Part shown: in pieces, positions 9,136 to 20,137 of the stretch
Layout: every line of letters starts with the position of its first letter
How positions within the stretch are numbered: the first letter of the stretch is position 1
Assembly (NCBI GenBank): GCA_963793425.1
Contig: CAWCAG010000005.1
Location: 1,312,001 to 1,376,000 of the forward strand
DNA length: 64,000 nucleotides
Origin: an uncultured cyanobacterium
GTDB lineage: Bacteria > Cyanobacteriota > Cyanobacteriia > Cyanobacteriales > CAWCAG01
Direction of reading: 5' to 3'
Notes under the pieces: generated by a model
Database searches by the model: none
Seen by the model: only the letters and a program-made list of their open reading frames with translations
What the model was told of the DNA's origin: nothing
Position numbers and translations under genes: made by a program

Positions 9136-10488
9136 CTACTGAACAACGCTGATGGGTTCAGCCGGTAATTGAGTCTTGCTTAGGCGATTTAAGACACCAA
9201 TTGCCCTTACATATTGGGGATCGTCATTAGTACCTAGCAAGGAAGGATTGCCAGTTAAACGTCGCTGTTGCATCTTCGTTAAACTTTGCTGAATATCTGG
9301 AGCAATGCCTTTTTTATTAATATCTACACCGCTAGGAGGATAATATTGAGAGATAGTCACAGCTAAACCAGAACCATCAGAGAGAGAATGTACTGATTGT
9401 ACAGTTCCCTTACCATAAGTACGGTTGCCTACCACCGTAGCTCGCTTGTTATCTTTCAATGCTCCGGCTAAAATCTCGCTGGCGCTAGCAGAATTTTCAT
9501 CTACTAAAACCACTAAAGGTAGGTTGGTTAAAGCTGTATGATTAGCGGCAAATTCCCGATCTCCACCGCGACGATCTACAGTACGAACAATTTTACCTGC
9601 ATCTACCCACATCCGAGCAATATCTACACTAGCGAATAATAATCCCCCAGGATTTCCTCGTAGATCCAAAACAAAGCCGTCTACCTGTCCTTGGCTTAAA
9701 TCTTGAATCGCCACTTTCATTTGTTCGGCAGCATGGGAACTAAATTCTGTGAGGTTAATATAACCAACTCGAATACTATTTTCTTGGTTAAGGCTGTAGG
9801 AAACAGCAGGTAGTTCAATTTGAGCGCGAGCTAAAGTTAGCATAAATTCACCTTGCCCAGAGCGATTTATTTCTAAGGTGATTTCTGAGCCAATTTCACC
9901 ACGTATTAATGCTGAAGACTGTTCTAAACTGAGCAGAGAAGTGGGTTTGCCATCAATCGCTAAGATTTGATCCCCGCCTTGAATCCCTGCTTCACTAGCA
10001 GGAGAATTAGGAAGAGAATCTACTACGGTGAGAACTTGGGTTTGCTCATTAATTTCTAAATGAATACCTAAGCCAGAAAGTTCTCCGGAAGTTTGGTCTG
10101 TAAGGTTCTGGAAATCTTGGGGATTAAGAAAGCGGGTGTAGGGGTCATTAAGCTGCTTTAAAGCTTCGCGAATCGCCTCGTAGGCTTCTTCAGTAGAATC
10201 ATATTCTTTGCTCAGAAGCTCTTGCCTAACCACTTGCCAATCAAGTTGATTAAAACTTCTATCTACATACTCTCGATTAACAATCTGCCAGACTTCATCA
10301 ACTACGGTTTTAGGGCTATCATCCAATGCTGCCCTCACAGAAGGAATTAAGCCGGGAATCATCAGAGAACTAGTAACTAAAGAGGTTGCGATCGCTCCTC
10401 CAAACAAGAGACGATGAAGCACAGAGAAATTTTTGTTGGCTTGGTTCATTAGCTGGCTCAAAAAAAAAGTGATTTTCGGGTTAGACAA
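9136..10488 (-). CDS. Carboxyl-terminal processing protease (S41, CtpB/CtpC-like)
   Basis: DPYTRFL, PDZ domain, DLRGNPGG, SASASEILAG and TYGKG motifs. Confidence 0.92.
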   Translation of the reverse strand: MSNPKITFFLSQLMNQANKNFSVLHRLLFGGAIATSLVTSSLMIPGLIPSVRAALDDSPKTVVDEVWQIVNREYVDRSFNQLDWQVVRQELLSKEYDSTEEAYEAIREALKQLNDPYTRFLNPQDFQNLTDQTSGELSGLGIHLEINEQTQVLTVVDSLPNSPASEAGIQGGDQILAIDGKPTSLLSLEQSSALIRGEIGSEITLEINRSGQGEFMLTLARAQIELPAVSYSLNQENSIRVGYINLTEFSSHAAEQMKVAIQDLSQGQVDGFVLDLRGNPGGLLFASVDIARMWVDAGKIVRTVDRRGGDREFAANHTALTNLPLVVLVDENSASASEILAGALKDNKRATVVGNRTYGKGTVQSVHSLSDGSGLAVTISQYYPPSGVDINKKGIAPDIQQSLTKMQQRRLTGNPSLLGTNDDPQYVRAIGVLNRLSKTQLPAEPISVVQ

Positions 10489-10735
10489 GAGAATAATCTT
10501 CGATCTTCCTAGACTTAAAGGAGGGAGCTACAATCTTCGGTATCGCAGTGGTAGCCATCTTTAGTCTAATCAATAAAATACTAAATAAGTGAGAAATATA
10601 GACACATTTTTGTGCCAATTTTCTCATTGTCTGTTAGTTCTGGCGGCATTGCTTTAAAGTTAAGTTTTTTATCAACATTGGTAATCAACGGCGCTTCGAG
10701 TTTGATGAAGCTATTGATTTTCTAACCTGAGTAGA

Positions 10736-11182
10736 TTAACTTTCCCTGAACAAATTAGAAGTCTCAATGAAATTGAGCAGGATTCTCTGATGAGGAAGAC
10801 CGATGGGACGTACTTGCTCTGCTTTTTTAGAATAGCAATTTCCCCGGTGAATATCCTCAATTGTGACCAAATCAAGATCCCAACCTTCACCAAGGACTAG
10901 TTGTTCTTTACTCACTGTTAAAGGAGCATGGTAAATATATCTAATCACCTCAGCCTCAATACAACGGTCAAATAAGCTTAGGGAAGGAGGAGTATAACTT
11001 ATTTCTTCGAGTAATTCTCTTTTAACTCCTTCTAAGGGGGTTTCTCCAACTTCCAAGTGTCCACCAAAAAACCCCCAACATCCAGGATATAAAATGCCAG
11101 GAAGATCATCTCGTAGTTGCATTAAAAATTTTCCTTCACAATAAAGGACTGCGACAGCAACAGAAACTCTTGGTTCACTCAT
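10736..11182 (-). CDS. NUDIX hydrolase
   Basis: Nudix box GGHLEVGETPLEGVKRELLEEI. Confidence 0.9.
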   Translation of the reverse strand: MSEPRVSVAVAVLYCEGKFLMQLRDDLPGILYPGCWGFFGGHLEVGETPLEGVKRELLEEISYTPPSLSLFDRCIEAEVIRYIYHAPLTVSKEQLVLGEGWDLDLVTIEDIHRGNCYSKKAEQVRPIGLPHQRILLNFIETSNLFRES

Positions 11183-11188
11183 TTTGTC

Positions 11189-11581
11189 TTATTTATTTGT
11201 TTGCTTCCCTAGCTGTTCTATTTCCCCTACATATCTTTCTCCTAATTCTTGCTCACCTACCGGGATAGATTTGTATTGGATCTGCCCTTTAAGCAAAACT
11301 AAATCTCCTGGTTGAGGAAGATGGTGAGGGCTTTTCACCCAAATTGTTCCGGTGGAATCACTAAGGGCATAGGCTCCTTGATCTAGCAAAGGGACTTTTT
11401 CTTCTACTTGCCCCTTAATATAAACTGTAGAATCTAGCTTTTGTTGTTCTAGCTTTTGGATAGGAGTTAAGGTAAGTTCCTTTTCAACTGGAAAAGTTAC
11501 CTGAGAGCGATTCCACTGACTACAGCCAAGTAAACTGAGTAGTTGCAGTGTCATTAAACCACTTTTATATTTCTGTATCAT
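11189..11581 (-). CDS. Hypothetical lipoprotein with OB-fold
   Basis: LLGC lipobox; VYIKGQV...YALSDSTGTIWV OB-fold-like pattern. Confidence 0.6.
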   Translation of the reverse strand: MIQKYKSGLMTLQLLSLLGCSQWNRSQVTFPVEKELTLTPIQKLEQQKLDSTVYIKGQVEEKVPLLDQGAYALSDSTGTIWVKSPHHLPQPGDLVLLKGQIQYKSIPVGEQELGERYVGEIEQLGKQTNK

Positions 11582-11643
11582 TAAGCAATCTACCTGATTT
11601 ATTATTTTTCACGGTAGCTTATTGCTAACCAACGGTATCAGAT

Positions 11644-12552
11644 TTGTTAAATATGGAGGAGCGATTGACTATGACTCAGCTTTTAGATGGTAAAGCATTG
11701 GCGCAGAAAATTCAGATACAACTCAAGGAAAAAGTTGCTACCTTACAAGCAAAAGTTGGTCGTCCTCCAGGATTAGCAGTAGTTATGGTAGGAGACAATC
11801 TTGCTAGTGCGGCTTATATTCGCAACAAAGAGAAAGCTTGTCAAAAGGTTGGCATCGCTTCAATGGGTAAGCACTTTCCCAAAAATACAACTCAACAACA
11901 ACTCCAGGAAGTTATCGAAGAACTGAATGAAAATAAGCGAGTAGATGGTATCCTCGTTCAACTTCCCTTACCCGAAGGCTTAGATGCAGTTAGTCTTCTG
12001 CAACATATTCATCCTGATAAAGATGCTGATGGCTTGCATCCAGTTAATTTAGGACATTTGTTACGAGGAGAACCCGGTTTACGCAGTTGCACTCCTGCTG
12101 GAGTCATGGAGTTGTGCAAAGAGTATAAAATTGATTTAAGCGGCAAACAAGCTGTGGTTGTGGGGCGGAGCATTTTAGTGGGCAAACCCTTGTCCCTAAT
12201 GATGTTAGCAGAAAATGCTACTGTGACTATTGCTCACTCGCGATCCCAAGATTTAATTAATTTAACTCGTCGTGCAGATATTTTAGTTGCCGCAGTTGGT
12301 TCCCCCCGAATGATAACTGCGGAGATGGTTAAACCAGGAGCTACAGTTATTGATGTGGGGATTAACCGGATTGTCGATGAAAAAACCGGAAAATCCCGTT
12401 TGGTAGGAGATGTAGATTTTGACTCCGTAGCAGAGGTTGCTGGTTACATAACCCCCGTCCCCGGCGGAGTAGGGCCGATGACGGTAGCAATGTTATTACA
12501 AAATACAGTTTTAAGCTACGAAAAGGCAAGGGAATTTAGTTCATTGGTCTGA
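11644..12552 (+). CDS. folD: Bifunctional methylenetetrahydrofolate dehydrogenase/cyclohydrolase
   Basis: [37 protein letters not shown]; probable start ATG 11671. Confidence 0.96.
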   Translation: MLNMEERLTMTQLLDGKALAQKIQIQLKEKVATLQAKVGRPPGLAVVMVGDNLASAAYIRNKEKACQKVGIASMGKHFPKNTTQQQLQEVIEELNENKRVDGILVQLPLPEGLDAVSLLQHIHPDKDADGLHPVNLGHLLRGEPGLRSCTPAGVMELCKEYKIDLSGKQAVVVGRSILVGKPLSLMMLAENATVTIAHSRSQDLINLTRRADILVAAVGSPRMITAEMVKPGATVIDVGINRIVDEKTGKSRLVGDVDFDSVAEVAGYITPVPGGVGPMTVAMLLQNTVLSYEKAREFSSLV

Positions 12553-12579
12553 TAACTTCAAATAGCAATTAGCCATCAC

Positions 12580-13506
12580 CTAAAAACTACCAAAAGTATA
12601 ACCAACCCCCAAAACAATACCTACCTCTGTTTCATCAAGAAAACCAATATTCAAAGTTGCATTAGCAGTAAAATCTCTGGAAAGGGGGTAATCCACTCCT
12701 CCAGTCAAGAGAAAGCCCACGTCGCTATTGTCACTATTGGCGCTATCATCTTCACTATTGAAGATAATTCCTCCACCAACAAAGGGGAAAAACTGGGCTG
12801 GTTCAAAAGGATCTCGCCCAGGAAGGTTAAAGTCGTAGGTTAAAGAAGCTAAGAAGGCTGTGTTATCACTAAAATGTGCCGCAGGACGAAGAGATAAATT
12901 ACGGGAGAAGGCAATTTTGGCATTAACCACAAAAGCCCCTTCACCAACCCCAGTATCCCCAGTTAAACCAATGTTGCCCCCAACACCAATATAGCTAAAG
13001 CTAGAGCGGGTTAAGCGTCCTAATTCAATGTCTGTTTGCGCCAAGAGGGGAACATCTGACTCAAAGCTAGATTCAAGATCGAAGTTATCGGTTTTCTTTG
13101 GTAAAGGTTGCAGGGCTGCTGAGTTGGTTGTGGGTTGTTGCCATTCTTTGGCTTCTACGGGTTGGCTGGCAACAACTTCAGGCAAATCTTCTTCTAGGAT
13201 AGTATTGGCTTGCTTTTCTAAAGACTCATCTATTTTTCCCTGAGATAGTAAATCTAAATCCTTTTGCGAAAGAGTATTTCCTTGTTCTTCAATAGAATCT
13301 TCTGCTAAGGTTTCAGGCAAAGGAGAAATCGCCTCTTCTAGTTTTTGGGTTTCATCAAACTGCTGCAACCCAAGCTCAACACTTTCATCTAAGCCAGTTT
13401 CTTCACTTTGAGCAAAAACAGGTAGACACACCAAAGTTGCTCCTGTTACAAAGAAGAAAAAAGCAAGATTTTTAACAGAACATATTTTCACATTCACTCC
13501 TGACAA
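12580..13506 (-). CDS. Outer-membrane beta-barrel protein with acidic N-terminal extension
   Basis: Signal peptide; SYIGVGGNIG...GVDYPLS...LGVGYTF amphipathic beta strands; ends in Phe. Confidence 0.75.
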   Translation of the reverse strand: MSGVNVKICSVKNLAFFFFVTGATLVCLPVFAQSEETGLDESVELGLQQFDETQKLEEAISPLPETLAEDSIEEQGNTLSQKDLDLLSQGKIDESLEKQANTILEEDLPEVVASQPVEAKEWQQPTTNSAALQPLPKKTDNFDLESSFESDVPLLAQTDIELGRLTRSSFSYIGVGGNIGLTGDTGVGEGAFVVNAKIAFSRNLSLRPAAHFSDNTAFLASLTYDFNLPGRDPFEPAQFFPFVGGGIIFNSEDDSANSDNSDVGFLLTGGVDYPLSRDFTANATLNIGFLDETEVGIVLGVGYTFGSF

Positions 13507-13663
13507 TCAAAAACTATTTCTATTTTCCCTAATTTGGTCGTTGATGTCAGGTTATGCCAGATCCTGTTTAGTGGCACAGGTTATTTATTAGGGTGGGGAG
13601 TAGGGAGCAGGGAAGATTAGAATGTTTATTAGGTTCGAAATTTCAAGATGTCCTCACCTTGTT

Positions 13664-13703
13664 GCGTAGCGTCTCCGATGGAGAAGCCTACCGTAGGTAT
13701 CGC
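13664..13703. repeat. Small dispersed repeat inserted into a HIP1 site
   Basis: GCG + 32 nt (with hairpins TCTCC/GGAGA and CCTAC/GTAGG) + ATCGC; removing the insert restores GCGATCGC. Confidence 0.65.
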
Positions 13704-13912
13704 CCATTTGAGTTTAGGGTAAACTAGTTTTCCTTTTTTTAAGTTTGAGAAAAAAAGATTGCTTTTGCCTCCCTTTTTCGCTGAAATACTATTCGAGAAT
13801 AGTTTTATCCCCGATTTTGCCATGGAATACGTCACTAGCTCTATTGCTGCCGAAATATTGGTCGATTATTTGTTGTTAATTGCTAATTGCTAGTGGCTAA
13901 TTGCTAACTGTA

Positions 13913-13940
13913 CAGCTTGCCGTTGCCGTTAGGCATCATT
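13913..13940. repeat. 28-nt small dispersed repeat (inverted copy at 40485-40512)
   Basis: CAGCTTGCCGTTGCCGTTAGGCATCATT; its reverse complement matches 40485-40512 with one mismatch; partial copy at 17834-17851. Confidence 0.8.
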
Positions 13941-13971
13941 TCCTTATTGTGTCAGGATTAGAGATAGAAAC

Positions 13972-14607
13972 TTAAAGCTCAAAATCTTCCCTGAAATCAG
14001 CGCGAGTAAGGGGTTGTTCTATTAAAAGTCCTTCTCCTCCCAAGGTTTCTAAACGCTCTCCTTCTACTTCTAGCCAAACAGGAGCTTTCGGTTCTAAACT
14101 AGTTGCAGTATGCAATATTTGGGCTACACGCCCCATCATGGAAGCGCTGCCACCCCCGGTTGTAAATTCTTTTGATAAATCAATATGAATACCATCTTCT
14201 TTGATCTTAATACTATTAAGCTTGGTTCCTTCTGGTATGCTGGTTGCTAATTCTTCTGTCGGGGAACCAGCTAACAAACGCTTAAAGGCGCTATCAAGGA
14301 CTGCTTCAGGTTGATTAGACTTCTCTTTTTCGATAGCTATGGGGCTAGGGACAAGTTCTATATCACTACCAGAAGCATCAATCCAGAATACCTGAGCTTC
14401 TTTTTGTTGAATTTTGCTGCTTGAGAGTTTGCTTGTTTGGGAAGAATTGGGGGAGTATTCACTTTTAGATGAAGATAAATCCGTAGAAGAAGTCAGTATA
14501 TGCCAAGCCAATAAACCTGTGATTGACCCCACAGCGATGAGACTTGCAGCAGAGATTCCCGCAATAGTACTGAAAGAAAACTGACGGCTTTTTTCTTGCT
14601 CTTCCAC
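13972..14607 (-). CDS. GerMN-domain protein
   Basis: LLAGSP...TSIPEGTKL...IDLSKEFTTGGGSASM...QILHTATS. Confidence 0.85.
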   Translation of the reverse strand: MEEQEKSRQFSFSTIAGISAASLIAVGSITGLLAWHILTSSTDLSSSKSEYSPNSSQTSKLSSSKIQQKEAQVFWIDASGSDIELVPSPIAIEKEKSNQPEAVLDSAFKRLLAGSPTEELATSIPEGTKLNSIKIKEDGIHIDLSKEFTTGGGSASMMGRVAQILHTATSLEPKAPVWLEVEGERLETLGGEGLLIEQPLTRADFREDFEL

Positions 14608-14710
14608 GATTTACTCCTGAGTTTATAAGTGTATTTGCTTAAAAATAACTATAAACCAATTGTTAAGTGAATTATAGTTTTTTAAAGTGAAAGTTCACCC
14701 ATTATTCATT

Positions 14711-15535
14711 TTATGGTAGAGAATTAGCAGGCAAAGGTTCAAGGCGGACAAAAGCTGCTAAATTCATTACCTCTTCATCTATTTCTAATTGTAATACCCT
14801 TGCTAAAATCCCAGCCTGTTCTAATTCTTGTAAGTTTAAGCGGTTATTTAGTCCGGCAGTAAATCCCTGAATTAAAAAACCAGGTACAGGTGTATTATTA
14901 ACGGTTATAGTTGGCTCAACTAACTCAATTTTATGGCCTTGAGAAACAGCGAGTTGAGATTCTACACTTAAGTTAAGCTGGCTATTTGCAGACTCATCAG
15001 GATTGTTACGACGTAATTCCATTTGCAAACGGAATTTGTTGTTACCTAGGAAGCTAACGCGAGGGTTAATTAATTCGTAATCTTCAGCAGGGGAATTAGT
15101 GAAACCACTTACCAAACGAGTAACCACAGCTTGCATTCTGGCTTTGATAGCAGGAGATTGTAAAGCTTGGTTCAAATCTTCTTGGGACAATTCCAAGCGT
15201 ACTCCTCCTTGCAAAGGTTGGCGCAGAGATTGGCGCAGTTGAGATAAATTACCCTGTCTTATACCCTGAATATCAAGGCTGATGGGGTCAGTTTCTAACT
15301 CTAGGGCATTGATACGTAACTCAGGGGTTAAATATAGCCCTCTACCAGCAAGACGCACCTTCTCTACTTTACCTTGAATGATTTGGTAGCTAGGGGCATT
15401 ATCAATGCGAACTTCCAACTGTTCTACTTTAGCAAGTCGAGAACTAATCCGATTCTCAATGACTGTATCTAAAACTAAGCCTGTAGGGGAAATGGCAGCT
15501 AGTAAACTGGAGAGGAAAATAGTGAGAAATTCCAT
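14711..15535 (-). CDS. DUF2993 (LmeA-like lipid-binding) protein
   Basis: LEVRIDNAPSYQIIQGKV...LELETDPI...DLNQALQSP pattern. Confidence 0.75.
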   Translation of the reverse strand: MEFLTIFLSSLLAAISPTGLVLDTVIENRISSRLAKVEQLEVRIDNAPSYQIIQGKVEKVRLAGRGLYLTPELRINALELETDPISLDIQGIRQGNLSQLRQSLRQPLQGGVRLELSQEDLNQALQSPAIKARMQAVVTRLVSGFTNSPAEDYELINPRVSFLGNNKFRLQMELRRNNPDESANSQLNLSVESQLAVSQGHKIELVEPTITVNNTPVPGFLIQGFTAGLNNRLNLQELEQAGILARVLQLEIDEEVMNLAAFVRLEPLPANSLP

Positions 15536-15571
15536 AAATCAAGTTGGGAAAGGACTCTATCAACCCCAAAG

Positions 15572-16381
15572 TTAATAGGGCTTCTGACCCAGGATATTAC
15601 CAGGAGGATTGTAATTGCAAACCCAAACTTCTCGACCATTACTCCTGGCCATAGCACAACCAACTTCCGTTGTTTTTGACCAAACTACCTGGGTATAGTG
15701 ACCACAGACTTTGCCAGAGGCACAACTATTAGTTTCATAGTCGTAATCTTTAATTTCTCCTGCCCACATTTGTACTACTCTTTCCGGAGATAGTTGCTGT
15801 CCCCAAGCTGAAGCCAAGTTTTCTCCGTAGGGAGAGTTGAAGCGATGTTCTAGTTTATCTTGTTTAATTAATTTATTGGCCCAAGCTTGGGCAAAATTAG
15901 CTAGTTCATTAGACCAAGTTAAGGAGGCAACGCCATGGTTTTGCCGCCATTGGTTGTGGGCATCCAGCATTTGTTCAATACCTGCTGAAGAAGAAAGATC
16001 ATAAACATTGGTAGCAATTCCCTCAGCTTGAGCTTCTTCTAAGGATTTAATGCGATCTACCGTTACTCCTTGTTCAGTATTGCCGCTATCCACATAGGCA
16101 ACGGTATACTTCCAACCTCCTCTGGTATTGTACCCATAACCTATTAACCGGGCTTCTTGCCAACTACCATTTTGTAAGACATAAACAGCTTTGCCATCCA
16201 GGGGATAGGGAGGTTGTTGGGCAAGTAACATGGGCTTTGATGTGGGAGAATTTTGGTTAAAGTTTAGTTGTGGCGATCGCCCTTGGGCAGATAAATTATT
16301 GTTGAAGAGAGTGCTAATAATTGCGATCGCGGCGATAGTGATTTGAGAGAGTTGTTTTTTCATCCTTTTAAGAAAAAGCAA
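15572..16381 (-). CDS. Secreted CAP/SCP (PR-1-like) domain protein
   Basis: AHNQWR, GENLA, CGHYTQVVW, WVCNYNPPGN. Confidence 0.9.
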   Translation of the reverse strand: MLFLKRMKKQLSQITIAAIAIISTLFNNNLSAQGRSPQLNFNQNSPTSKPMLLAQQPPYPLDGKAVYVLQNGSWQEARLIGYGYNTRGGWKYTVAYVDSGNTEQGVTVDRIKSLEEAQAEGIATNVYDLSSSAGIEQMLDAHNQWRQNHGVASLTWSNELANFAQAWANKLIKQDKLEHRFNSPYGENLASAWGQQLSPERVVQMWAGEIKDYDYETNSCASGKVCGHYTQVVWSKTTEVGCAMARSNGREVWVCNYNPPGNILGQKPY

Positions 16382-16699
16382 AAGCTAAAAGTGTACATTA
16401 TGTACGCTAAATTCAAGTTTCTACTGAATAACTCAACAATAATAACTCTTAAGGTTATATAATCTAGCAGTCTCAACTATATTCCCTAAAAGAGTAAGCA
16501 AAGCTGCCGCTTACTTAAAGCTACCAACTTTGTCGAAATACCTTAGCTCCCTTAGCTAGAGAAGTTTGCAGATTATAAATTGCTATGAGTATGGCACAAT
16601 AAGATACGTTAATTAAATATCATTTGTAACGAAATTTCATTAAATAACGAGCTTTCTAATCACTCACAACCGGGGAAAGCCTAGCTTAAATTTTGTTTC

Positions 16700-17812
16700 T
16701 TGACAAATAACACTATAACTAATATGACTGTAACTGCTCCAGCACTGCTAAAAACTCGTCGTGTCGTCTTTCCCTTCACAGCTATTGTTGGGCAAGAAGA
16801 AATGAAATTGGCTTTACTCTTAAATGTGATCGACCCTAAAATTGGTGGGGTGATGATCATGGGCGATCGCGGTACAGGCAAATCTACTACCATTCGAGCC
16901 TTAGCGGATCTTTTACCAGAAATTGAGGTAGTAGCAGGCGATCCTTTTGGTAGTGATCCTCAAGATCCCGAATTAATGAGTGACCAAGTTAGGGAACAGG
17001 TAGAAAAACAACTTCCCTTAACCACCGAAAAGAAGAAAGTGCAAATGATTGACCTTCCTTTAGGTGCTACCGAGGATCGGGTTTGCGGCACTATTGATAT
17101 TGAAAAAGCTCTTTCAGAAGGGGTCAAAGCTTTTGAACCAGGACTTTTGGCCAAAGCAAATCGAGGTATACTTTATGTAGATGAAGTTAACCTCCTTGAT
17201 GACCACTTAGTTGATGTACTGTTAGACTCCGCCGCTAGTGGTTGGAATACCGTAGAAAGGGAAGGTATTTCAATTCGTCACCCTGCACGTTTTGTTCTCG
17301 TCGGTTCAGGCAACCCAGAAGAAGGGGAACTACGTCCTCAATTACTTGATCGCTTTGGGATGCACGCAGAAATTCGTACAGTGAAAGAACCAGCTTTGCG
17401 GGTACAAATTGTTGAACAACGAGCCGAGTTTGATCAAGAACCCCAAGAGTTTCTAGAAAAATATCAAAAAGAGCAAGAAGAATTACAAATTAAATTAGTC
17501 CAAGCTAGAGAACGCTTACCGCAAGTAGAAATGGACTACGAAATGCGAGTGAATATTTCTGAAATTTGTGCTGAATTAGACGTAGATGGACTGCGAGGAG
17601 ATATTGTCACCAACCGGGCAGCAAAAGCCTTAACCGCCTATGAGGGACGTAAGCAAGTAACCGTTGACGATATTCGCCGAGTTATGACCCTTTGTTTGCG
17701 CCATCGCTTGCGTAAAGATCCCCTAGAATCCATTAATTCGGGTTATAAAGTACAAAAGGCTTTGAGTAGAGTTTTTGGTTTAGCCCAAGAAGAGGTTATC
17801 AATAATGCCTAA
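16700..17812 (+). CDS. chlI: Magnesium chelatase ATPase subunit I
   Basis: [37 protein letters not shown]; probable start ATG 16724. Confidence 0.97.
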   Translation: MTNNTITNMTVTAPALLKTRRVVFPFTAIVGQEEMKLALLLNVIDPKIGGVMIMGDRGTGKSTTIRALADLLPEIEVVAGDPFGSDPQDPELMSDQVREQVEKQLPLTTEKKKVQMIDLPLGATEDRVCGTIDIEKALSEGVKAFEPGLLAKANRGILYVDEVNLLDDHLVDVLLDSAASGWNTVEREGISIRHPARFVLVGSGNPEEGELRPQLLDRFGMHAEIRTVKEPALRVQIVEQRAEFDQEPQEFLEKYQKEQEELQIKLVQARERLPQVEMDYEMRVNISEICAELDVDGLRGDIVTNRAAKALTAYEGRKQVTVDDIRRVMTLCLRHRLRKDPLESINSGYKVQKALSRVFGLAQEEVINNA

Positions 17813-17887
17813 TAATCAACACCACAGCCCTACAATGATGTCTAACGGCAATTAGTCGTACAGTTATCAGTTATCAACCACCAACCA

Positions 17888-18670
17888 ATGACTGAACCAC
17901 TAATAGAGTTAAAGGGAATTAGTAAATCCTTTGGCAGCAATGTCATTCTTGACAACATTGACTTAACTATCAATACAGGAGAAGCACTAGTTATCATTGG
18001 TCCTTCTGGTACAGGTAAATCAACAATTCTCAGAATAATTGCTGGTTTGATGGCTCCTGATTCTGGTGAAATTTATATTAAGGGAAAGCTGAGAAAAGGG
18101 TTAATTGAAGACCACCAAAATCCCCTGGGTATTAGTATGGTTTTTCAACAAGCAGCTTTATTTGATTCCTTAACTGTAGGGGAAAATGTTGGTTTTTTAC
18201 TGTACCAACATTCCCACCTTCCTAAAGCTAAAATTCAGGATTTGGTAGATGAAACACTAGAAATGGTCGGTTTAACTGGTATTAGTGAGACTTTCCCAGC
18301 CCAACTTTCTGGAGGAATGCGTAAGCGAGTCAGCTTTGCTAGGGCAATTATGGCCAATCCAGAAGATATTCACAGTAATCCGGAAATTATCCTCTACGAT
18401 GAACCTACAGCAGGTCTAGACCCCATTGCTTCTACGGTAATTGAAAATTTAGTCCGACAGATTCAAGCTGTCTCGCAAGGGTGCGGAACCTATGTAATGG
18501 TCAGCCATCAACAAAGTACGATTCGCCGTACTGCCGACCGGATTATTCTGTTATTTCAGGGAGGTATCCAGTGGCGAGGAAAAGTGGCAGATATTGAGAC
18601 GACAGAACATCCTGCCATTAAACAGTTTTTTAGTGGTAGTCTTGATGGCCCGATCAAGGTAATAGATTAA
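17888..18670 (+). CDS. ABC transporter ATP-binding protein (MlaF/TGD3-like)
   Basis: GPSGTGKS, LSGGMRKRV, YDEPTAGLDP; directly upstream of an MlaD gene. Confidence 0.9.
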   Translation: MTEPLIELKGISKSFGSNVILDNIDLTINTGEALVIIGPSGTGKSTILRIIAGLMAPDSGEIYIKGKLRKGLIEDHQNPLGISMVFQQAALFDSLTVGENVGFLLYQHSHLPKAKIQDLVDETLEMVGLTGISETFPAQLSGGMRKRVSFARAIMANPEDIHSNPEIILYDEPTAGLDPIASTVIENLVRQIQAVSQGCGTYVMVSHQQSTIRRTADRIILLFQGGIQWRGKVADIETTEHPAIKQFFSGSLDGPIKVID

Positions 18671-18700
18671 TTACAATAATCCTAAAGTTGAGGAGAAAAA

Positions 18701-20137
18701 ATGCGCTCTCGAACTATGCGGGAAGGTTCTGTTGGTTTATTAATCTTGGTAGCACTAGCTTTATTTGGTGGTCTGATTGTTTGGTTACGTGGTGTGGACT
18801 TTGGTAAAAGTAGCTATGATGTAACCATCAAATTTAATGATGCTAATCGTTTAAAAGTAGGGGCCCCAGTACGTTATTTAGGAGTAGATATTGGTACAAT
18901 CACCAGCATAGTACCCGTTAGTGATGGGGTTAATGCCACGGTGGAGGTTACGGATGCTGATCTGAGAATTCCTACAGATGTAATTATTCTTGCTAATCAA
19001 TCGGGGTTTATTGGTGAAACTTCTGTGGATATTAAACCCCTTAAGGATGATCTATCGTTACCTTTAAATAAGTCTACTCAGCCGACTAGCAAACAATGTG
19101 ATTCTACTTTAATTATTTGTGAAGGCGATCGCATCCCTGGCAGAATCGGTTCTAGTTTTGATGAATTGCTTTTAGCTAGTTTACGTTTTGCAGAAATTTA
19201 TAGTAGCGAAGAGTTTGTTACTAATATTAATAACCTGACCAAAAACGCTAATGCTGCTGCTTCTCAAGCTGCTGTTTTAAGCAAAGAATTAGCCCTGCTT
19301 TCTCGCCAAGTACGTCAAGAATTAGGTGCTTTCACAGGAACCGCCAATTCTATTACCAGGGCGACAGATCAAACCTCTGCACGTTTAGGGGTTGCCATAG
19401 ATAAACTATCTTTAAATGCTGATGTTACTAGTGCTGAACTTGGTAATACTGCTCGTCAATACGGTTCAACGGCTGTACGTCTCAATGAATTAGCAACTAA
19501 TGTCAATAGTTTAGTGGTTGATAATCGTGGTAGCTTGGTAACAACCCTTAATAGTCTTGGTGCTGTTAGTAATGAAATGCAAGGCTTTGTTGCTAACTTA
19601 AATTCTTCATTGGATGCTAATAGTAGTAGAAGGTTAATTAATAACTTAGAAACCCTCACTGCTAATGCGGCTCAAGCATCAAATAATTTAGAAGCTTTAA
19701 CAGCAAATGCCAACAATTTAACAGCTAATTTAGAAAACATTACTGGTACTTTTAGTGAAGAAGAAAATCTACTTTTGTTGCAACAAACCCTCGACTCAGC
19801 CAGGGTAACTTTTGAAAATGTCCAGAAAATTACTTCAGATGTAGATGAACTTACTGGTGATCCTGAATTTCGTAATAACTTATTAAAGTTAGTCAATGGC
19901 TTAAGTAATTTAGTCTCTTCTACAGAAATATTAGAGCAACAAATTGAAACAGCTAAAGTCCTAGATTCAGTTAATGTTGCCATTGATAATTCCGAAGCAA
20001 CTTTGGTGGATTTATCGGCTATTCCTCAAACCGATACTCAAACCTCTCCTCTCTACACTTCGAGGATTTCTCGTTTTTTAACCAGTCAACAACAAGAAAC
20101 TTTAAAGAAAAGAGCAATCAAAAATAAGAGTAATTAA
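18701..20137 (+). CDS. MlaD/MCE family protein (Ycf22-like)
   Basis: REGSVGLL TM, MCE domain (GAPVRYLGVDIG), coiled-coil, KITSDVDELTGDP. Confidence 0.88.
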   Translation: MRSRTMREGSVGLLILVALALFGGLIVWLRGVDFGKSSYDVTIKFNDANRLKVGAPVRYLGVDIGTITSIVPVSDGVNATVEVTDADLRIPTDVIILANQSGFIGETSVDIKPLKDDLSLPLNKSTQPTSKQCDSTLIICEGDRIPGRIGSSFDELLLASLRFAEIYSSEEFVTNINNLTKNANAAASQAAVLSKELALLSRQVRQELGAFTGTANSITRATDQTSARLGVAIDKLSLNADVTSAELGNTARQYGSTAVRLNELATNVNSLVVDNRGSLVTTLNSLGAVSNEMQGFVANLNSSLDANSSRRLINNLETLTANAAQASNNLEALTANANNLTANLENITGTFSEEENLLLLQQTLDSARVTFENVQKITSDVDELTGDPEFRNNLLKLVNGLSNLVSSTEILEQQIETAKVLDSVNVAIDNSEATLVDLSAIPQTDTQTSPLYTSRISRFLTSQQQETLKKRAIKNKSN

